Shown piece by piece: positions 1 to 13,600 of a DNA stretch of 64,000 bases (position 1 is the first letter of the stretch; the number at the start of each line of letters is the position of its first letter). The stretch comes from Tubulanus polymorphus (Eukaryota > Animalia > Nemertea). The notes beneath the pieces were generated by a model, which searched no databases, was not told the origin of the DNA, and saw nothing but the letters and a program-made list of their open reading frames with translations. The stretch covers positions 6,472,231 through 6,536,230 of the forward strand of contig NC_134033.1 of assembly GCF_964204645.1 (NCBI RefSeq), read 5' to 3'. A program made the position numbers and the translations under genes.

Positions 1-149
1 CCCCATCGACTGTCAGTGGAGTGAGCCCGAAACCCCGTGGTGTTGGACCGAGAACTCTCCCAACAGACTGATTCCGAGAAGAAAATGTAATTCAATTCAA
101 TTGACCACTATAAAGAAATTGAGCTTCCTAAGACATCGAATATAGCTGA

Positions 150-1443
150 ATTACAAGCTGATTGTCCTGAAATCGGTCCACTTCTAGCACTAAAATTGGA
201 TTCTGACGATCTGCCCATTGATGACAATGAGGCCCGAAGTTGTACCTTCGGTCAAATCTTTTCACTGTTGATAACGTCGCATTGTACTTCCTGTATACTC
301 CACGTGACTTCTGTTCGAAAAGCTGAAAAAATCCTTCGTCTTTTAGTAGTTCCCATCTCATTACGCAAAGATGTTCTCAAAGCCTACCATGACTCCCTAG
401 TAGGTGGCTACCATCAGGGTCAGGACCGACTATGTGGAGTTCTTCGCACCAAGTAATTGGGATTCTATGTATAAAGATTGCCGCGATTACGTCGCAACCT
501 GCGAAACATGTCAAGAGAAACGAGATTATACCAAACACCCAGCACCTCTGCAACCCCTTCCAATTGAATAACGTTTCTCTCGATGGCATATTGACTTTCT
601 CGGCCCAATAACACATACCAAAGATGGCAATAAGGTTATCCTCTTAGTTGTAGATAGCAATTCAAAATGACCAGAAGCGTTTGCCCTAGAATCCCAGGAT
701 ACCATTGAAGTTGCAAATGCTCTATTCCGCGAGATATTTTGTCGTTATGGAGCACCTAGGTCATTCGTCTCAGATAGAGGTAAAACTCTCATGTCCAATT
801 TACTCAAGGCTTTATGTGAACACTTCCAACCAAACAATGCTACACTGCCCCTTATCGACCCCAATCAAATGCAGTCTGTGAGCGCACTAACCAATTCATT
901 TGGCAATCACTCAGGGCGTACAAAAATGAAGCCCAAGACAATAAGGATAAGCTTCTCCCATCTATCATGATGAGTTTTCGGCATGCACCGTCAGCTGAAG
1001 GGTCAGGCTTTAGCCCATTTTATATGTTGTATGGTGAGGACATGCGCCTCCCGATAGATCCAGCCCTCATCCCACGGGACACATTGTCGAAAAACCACAG
1101 TCTACCTGCAAAATATTCTCCGTGAGCTCTCAATATCTCACAAAATTGCAAATGAGAACATAGCTAGATCTCAAGCTAGATACAAAGCAAAGCATGATAA
1201 AAAGGCATCTGTGCCCGCATTTAAGGTCAATGATAGAGTTTGGCGTCACGTGATGAAGGTTTAACCCCCAAATTATGTAAGAAATTTATCGGCCCGTACT
1301 ACATCACTAACATTGGCGAAAAATGCACTTATCAGCTAAGAAACGTCTCCGACAATACGTTACTCAAATCCATGATTAACGCCGATGGGTTAAACATCTT
1401 TAAAGAAACAGCACCGGTTTCACTAACACGAATGTCAGCTTGA
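150..1443 (+). mobile_element. Degenerate Ty3/gypsy LTR-retrotransposon integrase fragment
   Basis: Integrase zinc-binding region (HDSLVGGYHQG, then CETC in a shifted frame), core motifs RWHIDFLGP and VSDRG, and C-terminal GPY/F motif KKFIGPYYI; multiple stops and frameshifts; no LTR recognised. Confidence 0.85.
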
Positions 1444-2776
1444 ATATCAGTAGAATAATCAGCTTGTTGATTGAGGCTGGTCACCAGGGGCCAGTTTTAA
1501 AGACTGGTATTATTTTTTCCCCGAGACTTTCGATTGAAAATGAATTGAGTCTGCCCCCGGGTTAAAGTTAATACTATTCTATGAAACCAGCCCCATGATG
1601 ATGATTAGAAATGATGAGAAAACCTTAGGGCTATCAACCAAATGGCTTCAGAACACAATAGCTTCAAAGTACGTAGGTAAAGATAGATCCTAGAATGAAA
1701 GAGATCCCCATATAGATTGCCATAATTCTGCAAGTGGGATTCTTGACGACTTACGGTTATATGTATGAAATTCCCTCGGGACTTTTTTGCCTGTAGTAAG
1801 GCAATCAAACACGGTTGGGGATTCCCCCTTCAATATTCGGCTCGGACACCTGTTAGCCTACTAGGATACCTCTCCCCTCTAAAGGTGTGATTATTTCAAA
1901 AGTTAGGTTAGGTTTGTGGGACGAAAATCACTTCAATGCGTAGCTAAGATGCTGATCTAAACAGCCGTAAACGGCATTTCTCCTGGGTCGACGCGCTTAC
2001 ATTTAATAATAATAATATAATATGTATCTTATATAGCGCTAAATCCAGCCAGGCTGCTCAGAGCGCTTTACATTGTTTGATATTATTACCCCGGCAAATT
2101 TTATACTCTAACATTGAATATAACTCTAGGTATAGGGTATACTCGCGCCTTACGCGGTGGTTCCGCGAGGCCTATATAAGGAGAGTCCCAAAGCTAACCC
2201 TGCTAAGGCTGAATAATCTGCAGAACATCCATTCTTCCGACTTTCATCCTTTCATGACACACGTATACACCAGACATCCATTTCATCGCCACACTTTCAA
2301 AAACTGATCGTTCACGCTTCACATCGTGTTTTGAAAAATTTTGTACTTATTTAGGAAACAGAAAAATAAAGACATCTTAAAAACATGTGTTTTCAATTGA
2401 GTTAGCCCCTGTGTTAAAGATAATACCAGTAACTCTTGTACGTAGTCACTTAGAATATGTCATCAAACTTTTGATCGTCCCAAGCAAATCCATATTTCAA
2501 CTTCATTTTACATTGAAAACGAACTACAAACACATGACATTGTAGATCATTCCATCGACGCACTTTCAAACACCGTGATAATCCACACTTTCACATGTGT
2601 TCAGAACTTCACCAGAAACATTGTAAATTGAAAACGAACTACAGTCTAAAGACACACGACTACTTCACACGACTACGGTACATGTCCGAAGAATGATTAC
2701 AGGCTGCAGAATCATACCTGCATTAGGTCCATGGGCATTTTGCGCCCAGGACCTCCATTGTCGTACTACAACCTAC

Positions 2777-2942
2777 CCCATTTAGAGCCGAGTAATACCG
2801 GACATCCGGCATGCATCATTCTTTTATCCGCCTGTCCGTTTCTGTATAGATTCCACCAGAAAACTGCAGAACCTTTTGTTACGGGCACCGATACATTCAA
2901 CATGGTGAAAACTGTCCGACCTCCATGCACTACATCGCTCAA
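2777..2942 (-). CDS. P4HA: P4HA-like exon 11 (distal His and 2-oxoglutarate-binding Lys)
   Basis: ttcattag|LSDVVHGGRTVF...KGSAVFWWNL..NG.AD.RMMHAGCPVLLGSKW|gtaggt. Confidence 0.95.
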
Positions 2943-4555
2943 CTAATGAATAAAATTGACATAACATTAAAATGAAATGTTCTTCTTTTCAATCTAGTCG
3001 ACACGCGGGATAGTCAACTTACACGTCAACATATATCGGCGAAAAAATCACAATAGGGATCGGACAAATTGTGTAGTTCGGAAATCTCGAAATTAGGCAA
3101 CCGACAAAGTTGACCCCAACCACTCACTTGCCGGTGAAGGTTGGTCAGAAATTGTTTGAATGAATTGGAACCGAAATTTCCAATTATTTACTTCAGATTA
3201 AACAAAAAATTATGTAAAGTTGATTCCGATCACAAATCAAACCCCCTAATTCGTTCCCGGCTGTGGTGGGTTTGTTAGGGACATAAAATAAATTTAAAAA
3301 AATCAAACTTAGATCAGATTTTAAGATCAGAAAAGAAACCTATATTTTCATTTGTACCTGACACACACGGATTCTAATTAATCTAGATCCACCACAGAAT
3401 CTTAGGTGAACTCGCACTGTTGCGATCACACTCAGACTATAGTTTTTTGATCCCACGAGCAATTGAGATAATTGATCGCAGTTTGATCCAACAAAGCTCA
3501 GGTCGTGTGGACGTATTGAATCTACAACACTCTGTCCTGTGATACTCACGTAGAACATCCACGTGGCTAATCTTTCACTGAATACCGGCGTCCTTCCAGT
3601 GGTGAAACTTCTCAGACCAAGACCCTGCAATATACAACAGTTACGCTGTATATGAACTTGAAGGTATAAACTAGATTAGTTTATACGTCCATGATATGAA
3701 TAACCCCTGTTCCTATCAATGGATGGGTAACGGTGGCCTGGTCCGGGTTTGTCCATTCGGACTCACGCCCCTTTTTACAAATTGCCCTTCATGATTTTAG
3801 TAATTTCATGTATCCAAGCTGTAACATGTTACGGTAACATTAAAAAACGAATGTCCTACTAGTATTATTGATTGAATTTGCCGCTAGCGGTCATAAAATC
3901 GATTTTGGGCCTGTGACCGAACCTTGAGTTTCAAGACCTTCTGGGGAGGACCCTGGTTGTCATATCTGTGGTGCTCCCTATCCGGAGAAACAGAACATGT
4001 TAAAAGTGCCTTTTTCATAATCTAGGATCTTGTATTAATTCCTGGCTACGGGCTTAGTGACCTGGTCCAGTTCCAAAGTCGTGTGGGTTTAAGACTCCCG
4101 CGCAGAAGCAATGAGTTCAATAAAATCTGTCATGGGTTGCTTCAATGCTTCAATTCCACAGTTGTTGGGTTTAATTGATTCGGGACCCATTGTACAATTG
4201 TGTGGGTGTATTCATATCCTGTTCAACAAGTTCATTGCTTTGATATGATTCAGAACTTGAAACGACAGAAGTTTCATATGGTAGTCGCAAAGTTACCAAA
4301 GTATGCCATTTCCAATCCAATTAATCCCAATCTAACTCTACAATTTCTGTTAATTTATGGTTTTTTCCTAAATCTAGTTGTTTATGATGTTACAAGAGTG
4401 ACAGCTGTTAACACGATATATGAAGTTCATCACGCACTGAGATCATTCCCATCTGGCTTCCGGCTGATGTCACGCGCGCGCGGCGCCAGTCGGACTTCTT
4501 TCTCTGAAAACGTAAGTATTATATCGGGGGATATTCCTTGAATTTCTGATAATGA

Positions 4556-4627
<72 letters not shown>

Positions 4628-7600
4628 GTGGTCCTATTCTAAAGACATGATATTTCGTCCGTTCGACATTATGTTTTGATAATTTCTTATACATAAGCAT
4701 AGGTTTTACATTCTGTTCAGTAACCGCCCATTTTCCCAGCACCTAAGCACATAGCTGCAATGGGTCCGTATATTCCCCTCCTTCTGTGTATTTCCTAACA
4801 CCTGCCAATAGTCTCTTGAAAGTTCGAAGCGTTATGTTCCTAGTGTTTTTGACGCCTTATAAAACGTTACCATTGTGAAACCTAAACAATGTTAACCATT
4901 CAGCTTCATTTTACAAACGACAACCGTAAATCGATGTGCAAAACGTCACAGGTCTATGTGTACACGTACAAGCTATTTGGCAAAATAATATTGACAAAGA
5001 TGTAGAATGGCTTCCTGTGATTATATAATCAGCTCTATTTGAACGTCGAAATGTTATATTGCATTGAATATCATTAGAAGACGTATTGTAATAGTATAGG
5101 ATGTATGATTATATCAGAAGCGGCAGGCATAAATAGAAATGATAAGTAAATCGGATTATTCGGTCAAAATGGCGGATGTATACCAAATTTTCAAGTCTGA
5201 TATAAAAGTAAGACCCTGACACGGGGATCCTTGTGGAATGGCGAAGCTATCTACGATCTGTGTAGGGCCGGCGTGAATTTCATCGGCGGCAAAAAGCGGT
5301 CAATTGTGTAAACAAATGACTTCAATATTCAAATGTTTTAGAAAATATGTTCGATATTAGGGGCATGCACGTTTCTTGAGATTAGCAATTTATAATAGCA
5401 TAGCTGTCATATACGCCTCGCGTTCAATATCTGATGGCATGTGTAGGTGACAATTCAATTCAATTCTGTATTGATCCTTATTACATATAAAATTCCGGGA
5501 TAAAATTCCCAAATTCAATAAAGTTGCATATTTTAGAATAAGAAAATACAACATACAAGACACACGCGTAATTCATACCGAATAACATGAACAAGTTATT
5601 TTAAATGACTGTCTACTTCAACCCAGACTCAAGTGGATATCGAGTGACAGCCAAACCGAGCCCGGGGACCGGGCCGGCTGCCACACGATATGCTCCAAAG
5701 TCATTATGAAGCAGACATCAGAAGAGCTCTTTCCTCAACCATGGAGGCAATGAATTTGCAGACCAACTTACAGCAAAAGTGAATGAAGTCTGTCGCAAGT
5801 TATCAATTATTGACAATTTTCAATAAAAAACTTAAACCAGTACTATACAGTCGAAGACCTGTATCACCTACCCAAATCGCCAAATCTCATAATTCCCCAA
5901 TTTTTTTAAAATTTCGATTTGCAATTCCACATTAGCTTATCCCAAAAATTCTACATTTTTCGCAGGCGTCAAATAACTTATCAAAATTAATTTTCTTGGT
6001 GATAGATTATTACTTTTTGAATTTGTAAACGGCTTTCAATTATAGGCCTATCGTCTATTCCCGGCATTTGAGTGTGGCCATTTTGCTATGTAACATATTT
6101 TTCATATTTTGGTTCTTTTGTACATATATCATATATCAAACATGATTGTATGTCTTGCTCATTTTTCTTCATTTTCAGGTTTCATGTGAAGAGGTACATA
6201 GACCACCATGTCACTCCCGTATTTGAAGCTAATTAGACGACATCCTATTCGTAATCTACTAGTATATGCGCTTGCTATCATAACGACAGCCACTGTATTC
6301 AGTGTTTGGAATCAAACTTGCCAAGAAAACGAAAATCCTCACCAATTTGTGATAAGTGCAACGACTAATTATCAGCCGGAGACGATCGGTGCCCGAAAGC
6401 GTGCTGATGTAAGCCCCGCTATGGACGGCTCGCGAGTTGAAGTACCGCCGGATTGCGTTCTTCCACATTTTGTTCTCAATCCACCAGAAATGGCGAACAT
6501 CTTTCGAAAATTGCCGAAATTCAACTGCGACACCGATGAGAAAGATTGGGTGTACGTGCGGCGCGGTTTCTTCACCATCGACCAATCGGCTGTCCGGAAA
6601 CACGGTCACCTGACCTGCGATTACACGCCGGTAGTTCGTGGAGCGAACGATTACGCGATCGCCAGCGCTCCGACGATCCGCAATGTGAGAAACGGCACCG
6701 CTGTGCAGGCCGACTTCATCGAGGTGACGTGCATCGCCGCAGACGGAACGAAATATCGAAATCTACACCTGGGGATTGCGCACCGACCCGCCATCAAACG
6801 ACGACCGATCAAACTGCAAAACAATTCTTTAAGCGCGGATATTCTTATGTTCGGTTTCGACTCGGTTTCACGTATGACCTGGACGCGTCAACTGCCTCTC
6901 ACCTACGAGTATTTAGTGAAAGAATTGGGATCCATCGTTTTGGAAGGTTACAACATCGTCGGCGACGGCACGCCGCAAGCATTGCTGCCGATACTCACCG
7001 GTAAAACCGAGCCGGAATTACCCGAAGCAAGACGAGGACGATCGGGCGCAAAGCCAGTCGATGGGCACCCGTGGATATGGAAAGATCTTCAGAAACTCGG
7101 CTACGTTACGCAACACGGCGAAGATATGCCGAACATCAACACTTTCACGTATAGGATGTTAGGATTTCAAGAACCACCGACCGATCACTACATGCGTCCG
7201 TTTTATTTGAAAATGGATCGTTATAAAAAACAGCGACCGAACTGTTTCGGGTCCCAAGTGCGGTTAAACCTAATGCTGAAATACATGCGCGACCTATACG
7301 AAGCCTATCCGCCGAATCGACCGAAATTCTCGTTCCTTTTCAACAACGAGTGCTCGCACGACGACAACGACCCGCTCAGCGGGGCCGACCAGCTCGTTCT
7401 CGATTGGCTGAAATCTATGCACCGCGGCGGCCATCTTGATAACACGTTTCTGGTTATTATGAGCGACCACGGCGCACGTTTTACTAAAGTTCGCGAATTC
7501 GTCCAGGGCAAATTCGAAGAGAGAAATCCGTTCGTTTCGATACGGCCCCCGCCGTGGCTAGCCGAGAAACACCCGCGCGCGGTCGAGAATCTGCGCACGA

Positions 7601-10600
7601 ATTCTCGCCGACTAACGACGCCTTTCGACCTCCACGCCACATTTCACGATCTCGTCGATTTTCAGAATAGAAAAATCGGTGACGTCGCACAACGTGGGAT
7701 CAGCTTATTACAAGAAATTCCCAAAAATAGAACCTGTGGATTGGCGCGTATAGAGCCGCATTGGTGTTCATGTCTAAAATGGAAGGAAATTCATCCCGCT
7801 GATCCGAGAGTGATCAGAGCTGCCAATACTTTAGTATTACTGATTAATTCGATGACCGAATCTTTCAGAGATCAGTGCGAACAACTACGAGTAACCGAAA
7901 TCGCGCGCAGCGTCACGTTTTCGCCGAACGAACAGGTATTGAAATTCAAAAAGAGCGCCGATACTGATGGACGCGTCGCTGATTTGACGGACGATACAAA
8001 AAACGACGTCGTTTTGTATCAGGTGACGCTGGTAACGAAACCCGGTGACGGCCACTTCGAAGCTACGATCAGATATTCGGTGAAACGCGACGAGTTTTCG
8101 GTGAATCGGCGGGAGATCAGCCGCACGAACAGATACGGCGATGGCCCAGCTTGTGTGATGAAGCGATATCCACATTTGAGACCATACTGTTATTGTAAAA
8201 AGTTCTGAAAGAAGATTCTAGACCTTGTCGTCCGTCCAGTGATTGTGGGGTTTAATTTGATTTATATGATTCATTCAACAGTTGAATGGGTTTTATTTTA
8301 TTCTTGTCCACGTTCCAAAACCATGGATCGAATTTTATTCTGGACACAGATCCGCAGTTGTGTATTCGAATCAGGATCAATTTCCACAGTTGTGGATCTA
8401 ATTGAACTCCATTTCACAATTGTGGGTATAATTTGACTTTAGGCCTCGTTTCATTACTTATTTTGACTCTGGTTAAAGTTTTGCACAGTTGTGTGGGATT
8501 CATTTTATTAAAGATCGTGCTCTGACAAATCCGATGCTGGGTCCTATCAGAGTATAGCACTGGAACCGGTTCTATGGACCAGTTTTAACCTCAAATTTCC
8601 AGTGCATAGGCTCCGTTTTGTGGTGGTCCTTCAAGGTCCCTTTTGTCGCGATAATTTTCGCTCATTTTTGAAACAAAAGTTGTATATCAGTTAGTGCTAC
8701 AGTCCCTCGCTTGATAGACATATTGTTTAAACACCATTATAAAGAGAATGAAATGTAGATTCTTGCTGGCGATTCTTGAATTTTTCAAACGCCATAATTG
8801 GTAGCCGTAACAATATGAAACCAGAGACTACATACTTAACCGCGCGTCAAAAAGCACGAATTTAATTCATCTTGAAATATCTAATTATAGAGTTCATACA
8901 ATCAAAGTTGATCCTAGTCTGAAAGAAAACCAACCCACCAGTTTAAGATTAAAGCTAGAGTCAAATTAAACTTACCACAATGTTTAATCATTGTTGGTGG
9001 AAACAAGTCGTGCGATGACTATTCAAATACTTACGTAAGCCAACGGTGAATCATAGTGTGGCTCGTAAAATCCTCCAGGTCCGTAGTTGGCTAACTGAAA
9101 AAGAACGGTATATTGACTTTTACGAGTACGGTGTACAATGATGACGGGAGCTCGGTCTATTGACTTTTACCGTAACGAATAAGAAGCTGCTTACAGTAAA
9201 CAGACTAAATCTACCCAGACAAATTAGTTTCTGTCTTGACCACTACCGAGTAGGAAACAGTTTACTCTGGACACAATATTCCTAACCAGGCAAATTAATA
9301 ACCGTCTTGATCGGTGCCGGGTACCGTAGAGAGCAATTTGTTGAGTGACATGTATAGATAGTTGATCGGTACCGGGTATAGGTAGCAGTTTACCGTAAAC
9401 AGAATATTTTCAACCAGGCAAATGATTTACAATAGCAGAATATTTCTGGAAATTTCTACTGAGACAAGTGGTGCACCGATCGGTACTGGGGAGTCAACTG
9501 TTATTTATACCTGCAGTTGCTCCACGTGGAATTGCAAAGTTCGCCCTGCCCGTGGCAGTCTGATCATTGTACTTAGGCCTGTAATCATCTGAATTCGATT
9601 CATCAGTTTGGTTACAAGTGGGCTTCGGTGATAAGAAATCCAAGCTCTGAAAGTATCAGCAGAATTCACTCCAAATATGTTCTACAAGTATATTCGTGTC
9701 ATATTTTCGTATTTCTGTTTACATTGATAATTCCTCTTGATCACCCCGCGAACTCAAGGAAAGAAACTGACTTTCCTAGCCTGGTCTCTCATAATCATCG
9801 CGGTAACTAGTGTTGCCATCATATAGGAGGTCTCCGAGAAGGAAACATTCTTTATAAATTAATTTATTTATTTACTTATTTGTTTGTTCAATCATTTATT
9901 CATTAATTTACTCTTCGAAAATTGGCTAAACTGTATAACTGATTACTCATCTCATCATCAATCCAATCCCTTATTGAAAGTTTCCACCAAAATAAAATTG
10001 ATCTTCAATTAGTACTCCCTATGAGCTTTATGCTCCTTGTATTTACTGATGTAACTGTAAATTTTAGGTAATGTTTCATAGAATAAAAAAGTTTAGAAAA
10101 AGGAAACATTCTTGAATCACCATGATATTTTTGCGAACATTTTGTCTACTCGTGCAGTGATATAAACAGACCATAGTAACACAGGGTCAATGTTTCACAG
10201 AACGACTTGACATTTCATATTGTATCTTGACTGATGATATTCTGATATTCAATTTTTTACTCATCAAATTTGTATGATATGCATCATTTTGATAATGACA
10301 AATCGACAGGCGGCTTAATACGTATTGCACAAAATGTTAAATTCTAACGTTATTACTCCTTTCGCTAAACATCAGTTTTCGGTTGGAGCTACCCCTCAAA
10401 TAAAAAAGTCTTCGACTGGAAGGGGTCACAGCTCAACAACTGGAACCAGTCTTCGCCAATTCCACGCTCTCGGGATGTGATACGTGTACTTTATTTTGGG
10501 AGATGGTTCCGAATTTCTAGGACACAGTCACATGGTCAAACGCGTCTCAGTAAAAACCAGTTCGTTTTAAACGTTTGAACCTCAGAGTTGAATCTTAACT

Positions 10601-13600
10601 CACAGCTGTGGAACTGTGGAACTGGAAATCTCTTAACAGACGATTTAAGCGAGACGTGAGTTCAGCTACAATCAATACGTAATATACAAGATTTGAATTA
10701 TGAGTTTAACCATGGACGTATATACTAGATTATACGTCTCCATGGTTAAACTAAGCAATGCAAATGTACGTGGTTCAGGCTGCGCGAGGTATTTAACTTA
10801 CACGTCCGAGTGCCGCTCAAAGCTCTCCCCTCCATCAGCTTTCGTCCCGACTTTGCCAGTTTTCATCTAAAATTCATGAATTCGGTCCAGATTTATTACA
10901 AGAGAAATTGGCTTGAATGGTTGATCCGAGGATAAAATATCGATCTTGGATAAACTCGGGCCAGTTATCTAGACCGGTGTTACATTTCAGGCCGGCAATT
11001 GATAGACCTAATAATTCCATAAAATAATTTTTTGGGGCAAGGATCGGGCTAAGATGTTTGATGGGCGGATAATTTGGGAAATCGTTAAATTCCCCGACAT
11101 GAGGAGTGGTCTATCATATGCGTCGGTTAGAAAATGAATATGAGACTCGAATGAATCTCAACCAATCTTTTAGACAACATGAAAAACCGTTTAAACGTTA
11201 CAAGAAACGTATTTTTTTGAAACATTTAAAACGTATGAAAATGAACGTTAATTGGGTTGTCAGCATTACGGCAATGAATAGCTTGTGTCAACGTTTGTGT
11301 CATGAAATGCGTAAAAAGGCTAAATTTTGCCTAAGCCTGGACCAGGCAGTTTAATCACGACCAGAATCACCAGAAGTTGGCACTTGTAAAATGATACGTA
11401 GAGGCATTTATACATTTATACAATTCATTTTCAGTACAAGAGCAACCAGCATAATTATTGCCACCACATATAATTGAAGCTTGAAAGCTTCTGAAGGCCG
11501 ATCTTTAAAAAAAAGCAAAAGATAAGCACTCATTTTAGGTAGTTCATTGAAATTCATTCAAAGCAAGCAGTTTAAAGTCTTTTCAAGACTCGCTGGCAAC
11601 CCTGACAACGAAAAAGTTGTATTAACGTGTTGAAAAGCAGTCCGGTGTAGTTGATACGTACGAAAGGTTTACCCAGCGCTTGCACACGCGTGATTTCCGA
11701 ATCGGACACGACTTTGTGGTATATTTTGATGACTGGGTCCCAGTTCGCGTATTCTACCAGTGAACGGATGTAAGGTATACTAGTTTTCTCGTAACGACAA
11801 AACAACGTATTCGAAATCTCCACATTCTGGAAACAAGATGATTTCACAGAAATTCATACGAAAAAAGATCGATCGTAGAAAATAGTTCTTATGTTAAGCC
11901 TAGCGCACATTGAAAGACGTAAACAGAAGGCAGAAACGCTTCCGTGCTTGTTTCGTTACTGCATGTGGTGCACCGGATCAAGGAACACGGTTTCCCGAGA
12001 CTCAACAACGCGCTGGAGAAAAGCCAGAAAAGGAATTTTCCTGGTACTGATAATGGACACTTTCAGACTTTGTGAAGCTCTAGCGAGAAGCGAGACCCCA
12101 AAGTGTCTCACACCCAGTAAAACTAAAAGAAATTAGAACGACACGCTGAACTGAATGAAAAAGTATTGGGCCTTACTTGGTTGCCAACGAATGAAGTAGC
12201 TCGGCACAGTTCACCGTAAGTTTGCACGATACGGTAAAGTTTAGCAAGTTTCGGGTGTGTGACGCAAACTCCTCGGTTGAATTGACTTTTGAAATTCTCT
12301 ATCAATTGTTCAATTTCGGTCTTGTTCGAATCTGCAATATAAACAATGCCACATTTCATATATATGGATACTGGCACTCCCCAAATGGTGCAAAATAACA
12401 CGTGAGTTTTTTTCGGTTCACTGAAATTTTCACTGAAAATTCATTAACTAAAAAAAATTGTTGACTCTTCGAATTTGAATGATATTTAAAAGGAAATTGA
12501 AGCGCGGTAAACTAGCGAGCCTTGCGGATTATCGCTGAGTCCTCGTTAGCCACTGTACCGTTGCCGTATCCCATGAAAGTATTAAAGAACATCTTGGGTT
12601 TTGGGATACAATCTTATCAAAGTATCCATATAAAGTGCGAGGTCGTTCTGGGCTGCAGGTGTTCTTAAGGAAACCATCTCTGGATAACAAGCAAAAATTG
12701 AATGATGGCATCAACCTTGCTGACAGCAGTAAACCCACGACCCAGCGTCAGGTTTTATAGACCAGTTTTCGGTTAAATCCAGTGCAAGTCTTTGAGTCGT
12801 GTTTCAATGAACCAAGGTATTTGATGAATTCGTTTGACAGGCAACGTGTTTATCAGGTGAATCCCTGGTTAGAATGAAAGCCAGTCTATAAAATTGAATC
12901 ACGTAGGTAAACTTATGGAATTCCCAAGGGCCATACGATTTACGAGTTACGATTTACGAATTACGAGTTACGTTTTACGAATTACTAATACATTTCCTTC
13001 AATAAGTAACGATTTGCGACTTACGTTTTACGACTTACGTTTTACGAATTACGAGTTAGTTATTTGGCGTTTCGGTTCAATTTATCGCGAGAGTTCAAGG
13101 ACAAGTGAATTATGAAAAATACCATTGACAGGAGCTTTCATGAGCACTGTATGTGATGGGTGTAATTTTTTTTTAAATCTTAAAGTAGGGATTGTCCCCG
13201 TTATTTATTTATTTGGTTTGTAAATTTCGTTTGATTTTTCGATTGAGTTTCCCTTACAGACCCACCACACCTGCCGGGAGCGAAACAGGGGTTTGATTTT
13301 GAAATCGGAAATCGAAGTACAGATATAGTTGTGTGATCGGCGGTCGAGTTAACAGAATATTTTTAAATCGAAGTACACAATTGGAAATTCGGTTCCGGTT
13401 CTATGCGTATTGATAGACCGTCAGTAAGAAAGCGGCACTAACACGTGAATACATGTTTGTACACTTACATATATACAGTCTTGATCGGGTTTTATTTACA
13501 TTGTCACGATTATGTTTTTGGTAGTCTTTAATGAGACTGATGTCAAGAGGCAACTTTCCAGTCACCATTGGGCGTAGATAGACTGAGCTTGCTATCCTAA

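Noticed and set aside
2200-2295. VAMKWM-like text as the P4HA last exon
   Set aside because: The nearest AG puts it out of frame (VWR*), and the following residues do not match the P4HA C-terminus
4470-4742. ORF with YI repeat
   Set aside because: Produced by the (AT)n microsatellite
5163-5200. Minus-strand HFD as the HxD exon
   Set aside because: Lacks the NYG.GG context; the real HxD exon is 9035-9094
5214-5272. GC-rich segment resembling an HDV-like ribozyme
   Set aside because: Could not build the nested double pseudoknot by eye
6259-8175. Overlapping antisense and alternate-frame ORFs in the DUF229 gene
   Set aside because: Expected shadows of a GC-richer coding sequence; no motifs
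11455-11502. Alternative terminal exon (IGLQKLSSFNYMWWQ*) implying a catalytically dead P4HA
   Set aside because: True catalytic exons were found at 10866-2777; no homology supports this exon
12575-12680. Candidate P4HA TPR exon (MVSLRTPAAQNDLALYMDTLIRLYP)
   Set aside because: No phase-1 donor; exon 16095-16146 fits the splice signals and phases better
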